From the NCBI RefSeq assembly GCF_009914755.1, contig NC_060927.1: DNA of 64,000 nucleotides. One strand, 5' to 3'. This document shows, piece by piece, positions 42,801 to 59,985 of this stretch; within the stretch, counting starts at the first letter, position 1; every line of letters starts with the position of its first letter. The position numbers and the translations under genes were made by a program. Source of the DNA: the human T2T-CHM13v2.0 reference genome, Homo sapiens. The notes under the pieces were generated by a model that searched no databases, was not told the origin of the DNA, and saw nothing but the letters and a program-made list of their open reading frames with translations.

Positions 42801-44071
42801 GTGAGAACAATTCATTCATTGAGCACTAAGATTCAGTAATCAAAGTATGAGGACAAGGGTGTGATTTTCATCTTATCTGAGGGCAAGGGAAAACCAATTC
42901 AAAAGAAACAAATGGCAGTAAGAAAATGGAATCTCCCATATGGCTAAAACATTTTAATGTATGGGCCGTTATTTCTTCACTTTTAAGTTTCATTTTGTAT
43001 AAATCACTGACTATATAATATGCCAGAGACATATGTTGTGCTTCACAATTTGCAACAATAATTTCATATTACATTATTCAAATCTCTTCAAAAATCATAA
43101 AGGCTATATAAACCATATTGCATCAAAAATGGAAAGAAATAGACAGTATACGAGTTTACCAAATATTTGATATCAACAAACCATAATAAAGAGAAACATA
43201 CGCAAATTCAAAGGTTAACAATTACATTATTTTTCAAACCCTAGTTTATTCAGTGGACATAAGGAATTTTGTTGAAAAGGTTTAAGGTTATAATGCCCCT
43301 AAGAACTAGATGAAAAATCTGTGTATATTTAGTATACATGCCCAATGTCCAATCAACATCCTATTTGGGCTCCAATGGCTCCAAGTATTTCCCTGACACT
43401 ACTCCAAATTTCAATGAATGGCCACAAGAAACAAAAATATAAATCAATGTTTTTATTACACGTAACTTGCTTAGTTTCTGAACAAGAGCTTTGAAAATAG
43501 TTGCTTTTAATTTTATATAAAATTTATATATTTTATTTATAATTTATATTTATAGGTATATATTTTATTTATAATTTTATATATTATACCATGTATACAT
43601 TTTATAAATTATATATATATATTTATATAAATATGCTTTTAATTTTACCCATTTAAACTTAACTAAAACCTTAGGTAAAAATGAAAATAAATGCATACAT
43701 GAAGAAAATACATTCTTAAGGTAAGATAATAAATGCCATATCAATTATCTATTATATAATATATGAATGTACTTTCTCAAGGATCAGCATAGAAAACTTG
43801 GAAATGTGCCTGCTCCCTTTTTGCATTATTAGGTGTTTGATTAAAATTAAGATACAAATTAAAAAACAAAAACAGTGGCAAACTGAGAAGACAGAAACGA
43901 TATAGAAAATACAGGTCCTACCAGGGCACTCTTATTCCGCATGTGGCATGATAAAGTAATGAAACACTATCATCTATTATGACAAAGTCAAATTTAGCCT
44001 TTGTACTCTGGGATCCTGGAAACACAATGCTCAAATATATGAAACTGACAGTGGTTTAGATTCAGACTTAC

Positions 44072-44089
44072 CTAAGATTATGAAGGCAC
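44072..44089 (-). other. 18-nt microexon candidate
   Basis: ttcttgatgtttcttactattag|GTGCCTTCATAATCTTAG|gtaagt. Open in phases 1 and 2. Confidence 0.3.
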
Positions 44090-44537
44090 CTAATAGTAAG
44101 AAACATCAAGAATGTTCAAAAAGAGTTTCCTAATTCTGAAAATATTTCAAAATTTGAAGAGATAAAAAGAAAAATTACCACCAGGTGTTTCCGATTTAAT
44201 TTTAACCGCTTCTGACAAAAGTTTAAAGATATTTATATTCAATTTCTACTTTCAAATTAACTTCATAATCCTCCATTTTTACTTCCAAATGAAATCATAA
44301 TAAATAGAGCAGATTAACATAGATTTTTATCTGATATAACATATTTCCAGCATTTCCACACATTTTAAGAATGATTAGCTTTTCCTCTTACCACTTTATG
44401 TATATTATTTATACCAATTTTTATAAATATCTTGTATAATACTTACTGAGACATAAAGTTTAATTATTAACATAAAATTTAGTAAAATTTACTGAGGATA
44501 TGCATTTAAAATTCCTTCCTTCCTTCATTTCTTTCTG

Positions 44538-44802
44538 TTTTTTTTGAGGCAGGGTTTTGCTCTGTCACCCAGGCTGGACTGCAGTGGGATGATCACAGCT
44601 CCCTGCAGCTTAAATCTTCCCACGTCAGCCACCCGAGTAGCTAGGACTAGGTGTGCGTCATCATGCCTGGCTAATTTTTAAAAAGTGTTTATAGAGATGA
44701 GGTCTCACTATGCTGCCCAGGTTAGTCTGGAACTCCTGAGTTCAAGTCATCCTCCTGCCTTGGCCTCCCAAAGTGCAAGTGCGAGAGCCGCTGTGCCCAG
44801 CC
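44538..44802 (-). mobile_element. AluJ
   Basis: Diverged reverse Alu. Confidence 0.9.
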
Positions 44803-44821
44803 TAAAAAATTCTTTATTCTG

Positions 44822-45464
<643 letters not shown>

Positions 45465-45917
45465 TTATGTAATCTTTTATCAATATTTCTTACCTTATAT
45501 CTAATCAAAACTGGAAGCTTTCTGCAAAATTATAGTTGTGATTTTGACTGTAAGTATGGTATTATAATCATTCGATTTACATTCTTTAGTCTGGTTAAAT
45601 AATGTAGTTTCTGGAAATTACTATCTAGCTTAGTTCACGTGGGTAAGGGTCTGGATAGACATTACTGTGTGAATTCAGGTATTCTATTTTTGAAGAAAAC
45701 AAAAGAAGCCCATATGGTGGCTAAAAACTGTCATAACCATCTTCTTTGAACGAGTGAGACCAGGAAAACTTTCACCCACAACTTTACTATGTAAGTGTAG
45801 GTTGAGTAAAGAAATGACTTAAGCATTAGCAAATCAGATAAGTCTGAAATTAAAATATTTCATTATGAGCTCTCAAGCTAAATTATTAAATTCTTATTCC
45901 CACTTAATAATGGTTAA

Positions 45918-46195
<278 letters not shown>

Positions 46196-46485
46196 TAGTC
46201 AGAGTTTGTTTTTAAATGACTATTTACTTATTTTAAAAATATAAAGTATTTTATTAACAGGGACATCATCTTTTAGAAAAATAACAAACGTTTTTGAAAT
46301 AATTATGAAAAATTAAGCTAAATTATACAAATTTAGGCTATTTTGACTGTGAGGCCATCTTAAATATAAATGTAATTTGTTGAACATGGTAAACTCACTA
46401 GTTTTGCATCTAGAAATAATTAATTTTGTAAAATCTGAATTTCCATCATGAATAATCAGCTATAATAAAGAAAAAGAAGGCATAC

Positions 46486-46673
46486 TTAAGAAAGAACTAA
46501 AACTGCAGTGTCAAGAAGTCCTTAAACATCCGGAACCTTTAAGCGGAACTTGGCATAAACTCAGATCATGTCCCAGTAAGATAATTTCTCTGGGGACATA
46601 TTGCTCACTCAGCTTTGAAGGATTTATTTTAGACAGATTTGTCTGGCCTATTAACAATTCTAATCCAAAGAAC
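46486..46673 (-). other. 188-nt cassette exon candidate (non-coding or poison)
   Basis: Long tract tttccttcttccttgctttctttttcag|GTTC...TTAA|gtatgc. Stops in all three frames. Confidence 0.35.
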
Positions 46674-49149
46674 CTGAAAAAGAAAGCAAGGAAGAAGGAA
46701 ATGAGTGGTTTTTTTTCCAACCACAACTCTCAGCTTCCATTCAGAAAATATCTTCCTTCATTTTACACTTTCCTATGTGAATTCATATTAATATTTAAGG
46801 ACAGAAGCTACTACGACACAGAACCTACATTGTTTGTGATTGTTGTATTTCTTTAAGTATGTAGCCCAGAAATGCACATGGAAATGCCATGCAAAGGCTT
46901 TCAGTACATATTAACTGACGCTGAATAACAATTGACAATAAGTTAAACATGAAAACATTAGATTGTGAGCATTCAAGTCTGTGAATAGTAGATTTTTAAT
47001 CAACTATTTAAAGAACACATATATATGGTAAACCATTTATGGAAAATTGTAAAATAATTCTAATTTATTCCTTCTCCCATGAAATAGGTTAAATTGTGTT
47101 GATGACATTTACATCTATAGATGTAAAAGAAATCAGAGTGAAAAGCCCATTTTGCAAAGAGAAATATATAAAAATTTGGAATGTCTATGGTCTATAAAAC
47201 ACCCAGAGTGCTCACAGGATGAAAAAAATGTATGAAAACCAACCATGACAGAGAGCGGCTTGGAAAAGTTATTAACCCAGGAAAGATTCTAACATGGTAT
47301 GGTAACTTTTGTTCAATTCAGAGAACTAAAATTAGTTATATGAATCATTATCCCTTATTTGGCAATTTGGGGATTTTGTTTCAGTTAGTTTACAGCAATC
47401 TTTCCTAACTTAGTGTTTGCTCTGTGTTTTATACCCTTTAGGGTATAAAACAATCTCTAGGTAGTCTGTTAGAGGACAGCCAAAAATAATAAAAGACTGG
47501 CTCAATTAGATTCTGGCTTTCTTTCTTAAAATTTCCAAGTTTAGACTGTCAACTTCAGCTTTTCTTTGGTCTTCTCAGCTGCCTTCTAAGGTACCCATGA
47601 AGTTAAGTACAAATATCCATATGTCCCACATACTTCTAGGAAACCTCATGTAGAACACAATACTCACAGATACTCATAGCCCACAACCATAAAGTGAGTA
47701 CTTTATGAAAAAAGGATATGAAAAAGGAAGCATTCTGGCAATTGTCCTAATCTAGGTAACCTAATTCTTCAACACATGTTTCTGCAACCAAGTTAGTGAT
47801 TCTTTCTTGTGGTTCTGGAGCAAAGGAAAGTACCACACTGTCATAATTTTATCTACACTTACAAATATTTTACCCATTTTGGAAAAAAGGTCAATGACAT
47901 ATCGACAATATGTTATTTCTAAAGTGTCATATTAAGATAATTATGCCTACAACCCTCAGACATATATCAATTTGTGCTTGACTTTCTTACCGGTTATTAC
48001 ATCAGACCATAGGGAGATTATGGTTACGTGAGCTTCAAACAGGCTCAAGTGTATCCTCACAAAGTGACTCACTGGATCCTCTGAACAGGGGAATTCACAC
48101 ACAGACTAGCTTAGACAGTGCAAGGCCAGACTGAAATACTAGTACTTTCACATCACTGAAAGTTACTGGCCAGAGATGAGTAACTTCTTGTCTTTTTTTA
48201 ACACTGAAAAATAAAAGGTGATTCTGACAATATAAAACAAGCAAGGTTGAGAATCAATTAAGTAGAATCAAAGTAGATGGGCCTAAAAGAAAGCTGAACA
48301 TGGCCCAAGAACAGCCTTGTCACTGCAAGAAAATGGAAATAGTATGTGCTAACACGGTAAGCCAATTGAAGCTTTACTGCTTCCCAGCTATTTACTTAGT
48401 GGATTGTCCTGTCAATATCTAGGCTTTAAAAGATTACCTATTCCATGTCAGAAGATCTCAGTATTGATCCTGCCTGGACATGATCTCCCTGGTCATGTTA
48501 TTTTACAGGGCCAGATTAAATAATGGTTTCTTTACCCAAAGCTACTCTGTCTTTACATCACAGAAAAAGTTGAGGAAGGTAAATCGATGGAGGTTAAAAT
48601 TATAGGCCTTAATAAAGGACAATAAAGGCAAAAAGAAGAAACAACCAACTAGCAGTTTACCTCCTTTTAGCCCATCTCAAATTTTATTGGAGGAATCCAT
48701 TTTTTAGTATACTAATCTTGTGATAACTTGATTTGCTAATAATGCATAGATATCAAAGCCACAGCTTAATCCTAAATGCAAAACATAAAGGTCTGGAACC
48801 AATTACCTGTGGCAGGGTGAAAATGTAATAGTTTCATGTGTAAGAAGGAATTAAATGTAAAACAATCCTAACATTGTACTGACTGTTATCTATGATTCAG
48901 TGTGAATTCGGAAAACAAATAGGAAAATGTAAATTAAAAACTGCGTATTTTGCAACATACTGACTACTATAGTAACAATTATATTCCCAAAGGAAATAAA
49001 ATATATCATGCCTTAGCATTATTTAGTGAGAAGGTAATTGTCTTACATACAAGATGAATTTGTCCTACATTTCACTTTCATGATTAAGAATCCTTCATGA
49101 TTAATGAAAGGCTTTAACTGTTAGAGACAAAATAACATAAGGATTATAG

Positions 49150-49460
<311 letters not shown>

Positions 49461-49480
49461 TTTCTTTTTCTTTCTTTCAG

Positions 49481-49838
49481 TTTTTTTTTTTTTTTTTTTT
49501 TTTTTTTTGACAGAAGGTTTTACTCTGTTACCCAGGCTGGAGTGCAATGACACAAACACAGCTCACTGCAGCCTCAACCTCTGGGCCGTCAAATGATCCT
49601 CCCATCACTGCCTCTCAACTTAGCCTCCAAAGTAGCTGGTACCACAGGTGCATGTCACCATGCTCAGCTGATTTTATTTTTTTACTTTTTTTAAATTTTA
49701 TTTTACTTTATTTTTGCAGAGGCAAGATCTCAACATGTTTTCCCCAGAGTGGGCTCCAACTCCTGGCCTCAAGCAATCCTCCTGCCTCAGCATCCCAAAG
49801 TGTTGGTTATAACAGGCATGAGCCACTGCGTGTGACAT
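49481..49838 (-). mobile_element. AluJ
   Basis: Diverged reverse dimer. Confidence 0.9.
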
Positions 49839-50579
49839 GGCAAATTTATTTAAACTACCTGAGCCTCGGTTTCATAATCTCAAAGTAAGAATATTAGTAA
49901 TACCTACTTCACTGAATTGTTCTGAGGATGTAGTAAATTAATAAACATAAATCAGTGCCAGACACATAGTGAACACAAAGTACTGGCAATTGTTACAATT
50001 AACATGATCTTTCACCTCAAATTCTTCCTCAACTATAAAAAACTTAGACTATTTTATAATATGGTTTTCCACAAAACAATTTATCCCACTAAGTCAAATA
50101 TAAAATAGATATAAATTAATTATGTTAGCTTTATTTAAATCACAGTATTTTTCTTCCTTTGGGTCTGTTCAGAATTTCAGTGGCAATTATGCATATATAT
50201 ATAAACACAATTTCCATAGCATAAGTACCCTCTCTATGGCGCTTAAAAATCTTCCAAACATCCAGGAATGTACTTAAGCAGTTTGATTAGCCCCTTATGT
50301 CAGATAAATGAACAGTTTTATAAACAATAACTGCAACACAGGTCATTTTGAAATGAGAGATTCCCTGTAGTACAGTAAATGTCCCAAATGGAATGCCTCT
50401 GAAATAATACGATTTTGTTCGCAATATAAGCTCACCTTATTTTAGGAAAGTAACAAGCATTTTTCAAAAGTTTTTGAGTAACAATACAAATGGGTATGTT
50501 TGTATATAAAATATGTAAAAGTTCACTGACACAGAAACACACTTTTAAACAGGGAACAAAATCTGGCATGAATAGTTAA

Positions 50580-50936
<357 letters not shown>

Positions 50937-51349
50937 TAAGAAATCAAATATACAAAAGATAAACTAGGTTTACATGGTATTGAAGGCATGTACAGGCAGT
51001 CAACATAATAGTTGCTGTGAGAAGATAATACAAATCAAAGGCTAAAGTTGCTCTTCCAATTTGAAGACCAAAAAACTAACCTCTCACCTGAATGGATTCC
51101 CTGACCCCCAAGTCATCAACCAAAAATGTTCAGGAAAATCATGGAGGAACGTGCCTTCTGGAAACAGGCTTCATTTCTGCCAAAAATGATCATGGTCTAC
51201 CCTTACCTACCAATGTATCCTAGACAGACACTCAAAGGTCCTATCATCAGGCTAAAAGGCTAGAAACATCAACAAAAAATATACAAATTCTCATAGAAAA
51301 GCATAATTTCAAAGAAAAGTTCATAGGCAAGGTAGTCAGAGCTAACTAA

Positions 51350-51884
<535 letters not shown>

Positions 51885-54679
51885 TGACTAGTGCAAATTA
51901 TTTTCCAATAGTTATCCAATTATGCAATTATTAAGCAAGATAACATATAGCATTGCCCTCTTATAGACAAGAAAATGAAGTCACAGAGTTCCAGAGATAC
52001 TATCAGGTCCTTACCTTTCAGCCCCAGAAAATCAGCTTCAAGAGTTAAGCTCAGAGTACATTCATTCACTAAACATTTTTGAGACTTTTTCTGTGCCAGG
52101 TACTGTTCTAGATCAGCAGTTATTAGGAGTTACAAGGTCCTTATCCTCATGGAACTGACATTTCATGAAGGAAACTCAATGGTAAGCAAAAATATCTTAT
52201 TCACATGATCCCATCCCTGGTTTGTTTCATTTATTTTTTGCAAGTCATTTTCTAAAGTGGAAAGGGACTGATTAATATCTTCCCTTTCCCCAGGACCAGA
52301 GTGACTGTCCATAGAATTGTAGATTGCCACCAGACAGATTCCAGAGACTTCAGCTGAATCAGAGAAAAAGCTTTAAATGGTGTGTGTAATGCTACTCTAT
52401 AGTAGTCTCCGCTTTTCTAGAAAATTGAAATGCCGCTAAGGGAAGAAAGAAATGATGTGACTGGAAAGAAGAGGAAGAAGTGAGAAACTTCTCATTCCAG
52501 AAGAAGTTACTCCTTCCTCAAGCCACCTCTCCAGCTCATCAACTCAAGCTGCCCGAGAAATCTGTCCCCATAGGAGGTCCTCTGGCCTCTACCCTTCCAG
52601 GAGCTTCAGTGGAGCAACAGCTCTGATTACTTGAGTTCCTCTAAGAAGGTGAACTGATTTCCTGAGTTCCTCTGAGAAGGCGAAGGAGGCGATGCAAACA
52701 GTCCCTCAAAGTAGGAACTTGTGTTTTATGTGGAATGAATGAGCTATGTTTTCAAATTGGTTAATACTTGCATTTATAACAGTACTTGTTATATATGTAG
52801 TATTATTGAATTATGACCTGAACTCCTTAGGGAAGAAAAAAAAGGTGATGTCTAAATTGAGTCAACTCTGTTATCCAACAAAAGAAAAAAAAAATACACA
52901 TATATAAATACATATACACACATACATGTATAAGTATGTATACATACACATACACACATTATAAAACATGATGTATAGCTATGAGAAATGGTGCTTTTGA
53001 ATAATAAAAAAGTGAATAATTAGGAAGACATTTATACCAAGCTATCTAATATACACTTAGTATTCTAAAATGTGACAGTTACATCTAAACTTGAAGCTGC
53101 AAAATAATTTCAAATTAAATATTAATCAAACGTACAATTATATCTAATCAATTTCATGCTTTGCCTTTTTAAAGAACTAAAGCAAACTGAAATATAAATT
53201 ATTTATAAGAAAAATAATCTATATAATAACATGGAGCTAATTATCACAGTCATTGTAGCATTTCAGGGCAAGGTTAGAGGGAGAGGGATTCCTTTGTTCA
53301 TATTTTCCCCCTCTGAAATTTCATGAATAAATCATATGTTTCAACTTTATTTTTAAAAAATAAAAAATATTTGGATCTGACATTCTAAAAACACTGAAAA
53401 ACAAAAAAGAGCTGTAACTGCATCTGTAACAGGCATATTAAAATATTTCTTCAGTGTGTGTGTGTGTTTGTGTATACTTTCTGTGTTCAATAAAATCCCT
53501 TTAAAACTGAACGACTCCAGTTAAATTAACTTTTTTCCTACCTCCCCTAAGTAGCATTAATCATTATAGCTTAGAAAATGGTTACTATCAGCACATCTCA
53601 GTCAAAGGAAGCAAGCTGCAATGGCAAAGGCTGTGACATTCTAGTTTCTGAATTTTGTGTCTCACTTTAAACAAAAGCAGAGTGTTCCAAAAATAATTAA
53701 ATATTTAGAGTCTTAAATATTTAATATCTGTAAATTGTTTTACATTTACATGGAAATATTTATATTTTAAAATACTTAAATTAATAATTTTGATAATTTA
53801 AAAATAAAGTAGCAATTGTTTTTAAATCTATTATTTTTTTAATTTAATATTTTAAAAATCTAAATTCCAAATTATTTTCAAGGTTCTATGTTGTCATGCC
53901 TTTTAATTGAGTTTCAAGCGGTACATGTTAGGTTATTAAAGTAAACATTGAGGTAAACTTTTACACTATACATTTAGCTATAATGTTAATGAATACTTTT
54001 TTCTGCTTATGTAACAATTTAAGGAAACTTTTGCTTATTTCTAGTGATGTCCATCAATGCATATTCCCCTTTAAATACCTATGTATAATATCTGCTGTTT
54101 AGTATAGATTCTGAAACATAATTTCATTCTACTTAAGGTTCACTAAATTTTATAGTCAAATTTTATCATCTGAGCTAATGATCAGAATATGTATTAAATA
54201 ATGTTGTACTTGAAGCTCTTTTGAAAAAGCTGAGCTGCATTGGACACTCACAAATATGACTTCTAATTAGTTTATTCTAGAAAAAAATTATTTGTTTCCA
54301 AACAGGAAAAAAATGAGGCATAAGGCCGAGCAGGTATAAAAATATGGATAATTTGTGCGCAATCACTCATTTCCACTGTGGGAACAAAATGTAAATTGTA
54401 CCTTACCCTTCAAATATAACGAAAAACACCTTTTTTCATTGATGTTGGTTGAAAAGAATCTTTGTATACAATCTTTTATTGACAAAAAATTAATAATAAT
54501 ACTTTTGTGACCTGTGCCAGGTACTACAAGGTATACACAGCGGTGAGAAGTAAGTGCCAAATACAGAAGAATGAAGATTTCCTCACAATGCAGGAGTGAC
54601 ATACTATGATAAAGGGATAGAGGGTGGTCCATTTATGGTTACCTTTAACTTGTGGTGGGTGTGGGAGGAGTGGGGATAA

Positions 54680-55027
<348 letters not shown>

Positions 55028-55049
55028 AATATATACATTTTACTAGATC

Positions 55050-55620
55050 AAAGGGATGGGGTTGAATTCTAGGCCACAATGCTGGGGTCATATAGATCCT
55101 TGGAAGTCATTTTTAAAAATTAAGACTTTAGAAGCAATTGAGAATCTCTGAGTGAGCATCTAGAGGGACTGATGAGATTTGTACTTGCAAAAGAGTATTA
55201 TAGTTACTAAGATGAGAAATAATGGTGATTCTGATTCAAATTGCAAAGGAAATGGAGATAAGTGGGAAAATACTGAAGCTGTTCAGGAGAAAACATCAGC
55301 AAGACCTGAGGCTCAACTGCTGTGGAAAGAAAGTCGGGAAGAATCAATCGCAGGTTTCTGGTCTGGAGGGTTGGATGGATAATGGCATCATTATCATCGT
55401 TAGGAAATAATAGAGGAAAGTCAGGAATGAGAAGCAAGATGAAAAGTCGCATTTTGGACATTTGAGCTGCAGGTACCACCAGGACCTCCAAATGGAGCTG
55501 AGTATAGAGGTTCAGGCTGGGGATGAGAGAACAGAGAGTGAATCAGGACAAAATTGGTATGTGAATGCAAGGAGGTGGGTGTGGTCTTCAGGGTAAGTCA
55601 TAAAGCAAAAAACAAAGCCT
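55050..55620 (-). mobile_element. L2 fragment
   Basis: Purine-rich antisense L2 pattern (caggtttctggtctgg...ttttggacatttgag). Confidence 0.6.
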
Positions 55621-56829
55621 ATGACAAATCCTCGAGAAATGGAATATTTTAGCTATAGGCCAAGAAAGACTCAGCCAGATGAATAAGAGGAAAATCATAT
55701 AAAGCCACTATACATTCTCTATATGGCCTATCTCAGGCATTAAATTTAAACCAATCTGGTTAAATGTCCTAACTTCGGTTACATGAAAGTTGGATGCAAT
55801 CCTGATATAGCTGGGTGCCATGAAATTCTAGGAAAGAGAATATTTCAAAAAAAAAAGGTCAACTATGTCAATTGCTGACAAGAGGTAAATTATATCCATT
55901 ATAAAAAGCAAAGTTTAGAAAGCTGAGATCAAGGCCATTAAGAGTAACAGGATATCAGTGAGAGAGTGGGATAAGGCCACACATGGTACTAAGCATCTCT
56001 TTGGAAAATGTCGGTAAAGCTCCATATTTGAATTGCCTATGTTTAAAATCTTGAATGGGCTCCTATTATATTCTTCAATATAGGACAGAACAAAACATTC
56101 CTGGAAGACAAAATGGAAACAGAACAGTACATTCTATTCTTACTCTTACATTCTGCAAATAAAGGAATCACGAAGACAACCACACATCCAAACCTGAGAT
56201 ACCAAGGCACTTTTAAAATTGTATTTTCTTCCACAAAGTATGAAATATTACACAAAATGTCTACCCAAAACATTTTCTGGGAAAAACAAGACAGATTATT
56301 CATACAAAATGTTTTTGCAGTTCATATAATTGTGGAAGTCACACTAATTGAGATCCCTTACTCGTGTATCATATCATTTTTGAATATTTTAGAGACTGAA
56401 GTCTTACAGAAAAGAGGTATGTTTAAAAGTCTTTTTAAAGAAGTATTTTCCAAATTATTTTTTAACTGCCAAAATAATAATTCATTGGTATATATTTTGA
56501 GAAAAGCCACAATGAAATATCTAAATGTTAACCATGCCACTAACAGCAGCTTTATAAACCTTCAAAGATATATTTGTCATAAAACACAGACCATGTACTG
56601 ATATATAAAGAATACATATCTTTTCACAATAATTATGTGGACTTATGTATGAGAAGATGACTAACCCAGGAGAAAGAAAGATTATTCTAAATGTAACTAT
56701 ACATGGAATTAGTTTTTCAGCATTTGCCTTTCTGAAATGAAGAGACACATTCTTTGGAACCATATACATGGAAGGAATCAACCGAAGAATGAGCCTAACA
56801 TAGTAAACAGCAGATGTTACAACAGCTAC

Positions 56830-57000
56830 AACTCACACATACTGCCTGCTGTCAGCCAGGCACAGTTCTGAGCACTATAGATACACCAACTATTAATCCT
56901 TCCCAAACCTCTATTAGGTAAGCATAATTCATATCCCCATTTTACAGGTAAGAGAACTGAAACACACAGAGACTAAATAATTTCAGCAAGATCACAGAGC
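56830..57000 (-). mobile_element. MIR
   Basis: gccaggcacagttctgagcact...ccccattttacaggtaagagaactga. Confidence 0.75.
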
Positions 57001-58338
57001 TGTACTAAATAAATCATTTATTAAATTTGTTGAAAACAAAATTTGTTTTGACTTAATGACAGAATTAATTGTCTGTAACTAAAAAGAGTATCCACAATGT
57101 CCACTACAGAAAGGAGTCATTGGATAGGGTTAAGAAAACCCATTAAACTAAAACAGAACAAAACGCCTTCTAGAACAGTTCATAAGAAATGTATTGATTA
57201 GAACTCTGAGGGAGGCTTTAAGAATTATTACCAACATGGTCCAGAAAGAACTCATTTAATGGGAGACAATGCAGTGACCTAAGTGTTAATTACTTTTTAA
57301 AAAGAAAAGAAGAAAAGAAAAAGAAAAATGTTAAGAAATTGACCTTATTGTCTACCAATGTTAGAGTCCAAACACAGAATTTTAGGGCTACTTTGCGTGA
57401 TTTAAGCAAAAGTGACAAGCAGAGAGAAAAGCAAATATCCACAGATTCTCGATCCACTGGTCATATAAATATTGTTCCTCTTTCATCAGTTATTGACTCT
57501 TTACTGGTTTCTTCCCAGGGGTGGTCCCAAAGGAAAATATTCTAAATCATATTTTCCAAGAATGCCTTTAAGCAAGAGTCAACGAGATTGCAACCTGTAC
57601 TACACTTCCATTTGAGAACACTCTCATAAGCTATGACAAGTGCTGAATTACATAATTAAAATGTTCTAAAGGTCCTTCTACATTAAATGCTGGCTCTTAA
57701 TCCATTTTTCTGGTGCCTGACTGAGATGAAAATCTGATAAAAGAGTAACTTAATGTGACTAAATCTACATACAGGACAGTATTACCTGGTAAATATGTAC
57801 AGAGTCGGGGAGGGGGAGAGATTGAGATATATAAATACTTTCGTGGAGGTGGTGTCTTTGCCCATTTTCTCTTTAACTTTTTAGCTTTTATTCTGAATTT
57901 GCTCCATAATTTACTGGATAAGATTTAAAATGTTCTCATTCAGGCATACTAAATAACTTGATCATAAACTTTTATTTCTCCTGACAAATGTAAAATGTCA
58001 TTTGCACTATTAAAACTTCAATTTAAACCCTGGGTTAAATACAACACAATTTAAAATGCGACTGAAGTTACAATTTTCACTTTAGAGACTAAGAGACTGA
58101 GATTAGACTTAAACATCAGATATACTGAATTAAAAATTAGGCCCCAGATAACCAGATGCACCTTTCCATTTTATTCATTTATAAAGACAGTCCTGTCATT
58201 GTGTGTATTTTATCCCCTACCAGACAGAAAAAGAGAAAGTAAAGGTTGCTAGGTCCTGTTTTGCATATGTAAAGTGTCTCAAGCAACCTCAGGAAATTCA
58301 GGCACTGTCAACACAGAAATTATTTCTTTTCCAGTATC

Positions 58339-58340
58339 AT

Positions 58341-58375
<35 letters not shown>

Positions 58376-58659
58376 GAGATGGAGTCTCGCTCTATTGCCC
58401 AGGCTGGAGCACAGTGATGCCACCTCAGCTCACTGCAACCTCCACATCCCGGGCTCAACCAATCCTTCCACCTCAGCCTCCTGTGTAGCTGGGATTACAG
58501 GCATGCACCACCACGCCCGGCTAATTTTTGTATTTTTTTGTAGAGACAGGGTTTCACCATGTTGCCCAGGCTGGTCTCAAACTCCTGAGCCACAAGCCAT
58601 CTGCCTACCTCAGCCTCCCAAACTGCTGGGATTACAGGTATGAGCCACTGTGCTTGACC
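58339..58659 (-). mobile_element. Alu (J/S) with (TTTA)n tail
   Basis: Reverse dimer. Confidence 0.92.
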
Positions 58660-59099
58660 GAGAAACAACTTCCTTATCAGTTAGGAAGAGCTGAATCCTC
58701 TTCATGGTCTATTAACTGATCATTAGGGTAAGAAACACAGGTTGAGATTGCACGGAAGGGTCACTACACTTAGAAAGACAGCTTTACATTTATCAGAGCC
58801 TAAAAGCAATTCATTTGGCTTCTCGTATTACTGGAAGTCAGCTAAATTCCCCAAGTAATGTTATCCCCAAAAGAGATACTTAAATATTCCAGAACGAAAG
58901 AAAACAAAACAAATAAAACCTCCTAAGGAAATAGTACCTGATGACTGTATTCTAAATCCTGTGCTCTCAAAGTAGTGTTTGAGAGCAGGCAAACTCCCTA
59001 ACTATACAAAGAAGTTGTTGGGAAGTGAGTGAAAAAGGTAGATTAGACTGCTCCTTGATGTGGCACTATGATGCTTATGATGTTCATCACACAGGAAGT

Positions 59100-59985
59100 A
59101 AAATATTTCTGAGTTCCATGTTAGATCACTTCACTTCCAATAGGCCAGGCATGGTGCTAGGCACTTGGGATGAAAAGACAAATGCTGCATTTTAAGGCAG
59201 TGTGCTGGGAGCCATGTGAGCACAGACTGCAAGAGGCTAAACCCAGTACACTGGCCACATCATGGTTTTGGGAAAGGGGGGCCCTAAGCCTACAATAAGA
59301 GAGTGACAGGTGGACTTGGAAGAAGAGCACATTCCAGGTAAGAGAAAAACAGAAAGTATACTTTCTCGGGATGGTGATGGGATGAAGCATACCAAACCGC
59401 TATAAGCCATTTTGAGCTAACAAATCCTAATCCAAACTTCCAATTCCATTTGCAGTCATAGGCTTGACCTTGACCTTGTCATCAATTGCATCTCCTGCAA
59501 AATCTCAACTTCTACTATTTAACTCTCTAAAATTAAGCCAAATCTTTGGTCCCCAAATCTAATCCTCTCTTTTCTTTTCATCTCTATTACTACCACCAGC
59601 TTCAAACTATCAACATTTCTTGCCTGGAATACTAGAATAGCCTCCTAATTGATGTCCTCTGACTATTATGCAACTCATTCTCTACACATGTAACACTCAG
59701 GTACAACATAGGTGATGTTTTAAAATGTAAATCAGATCCTGACACCCCACCATTGCATATTGCCCAGTAATATCCACATGTAATTCAACTCTCAGCTCTG
59801 ACTAAATTCCTTCCTGGCACTTGTCAAAATTAAGCATAAAGTTATTTATTTGGCTAGTTGCTTATTTTCTTTCCCCCCTGCTCCTCTCACCTCCCATTGT
59901 CCTGGAATTTCCATGAAGACAAGAATCATTTCATTTTTGGTCACCATTGACTAGCTAGAGCTAAACAAAATGCCTGTAAGAAGTT
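59100..59985. mobile_element. L2 fragments (probably two orientations)
   Basis: tagcctcctaattg...aaatgtaaatcagatc...ttccatgaagacaagaatc on +; ggccaggcatggtgctaggcac...agagcacattccagg on -. Confidence 0.55.

Noticed and set aside
52631-52684. Small tandem duplication (tgagttcctct.agaagg.gaa x2); also an 18-bp tandem copy at 31951-31985
   Set aside because: Ordinary slippage duplications with no array structure.
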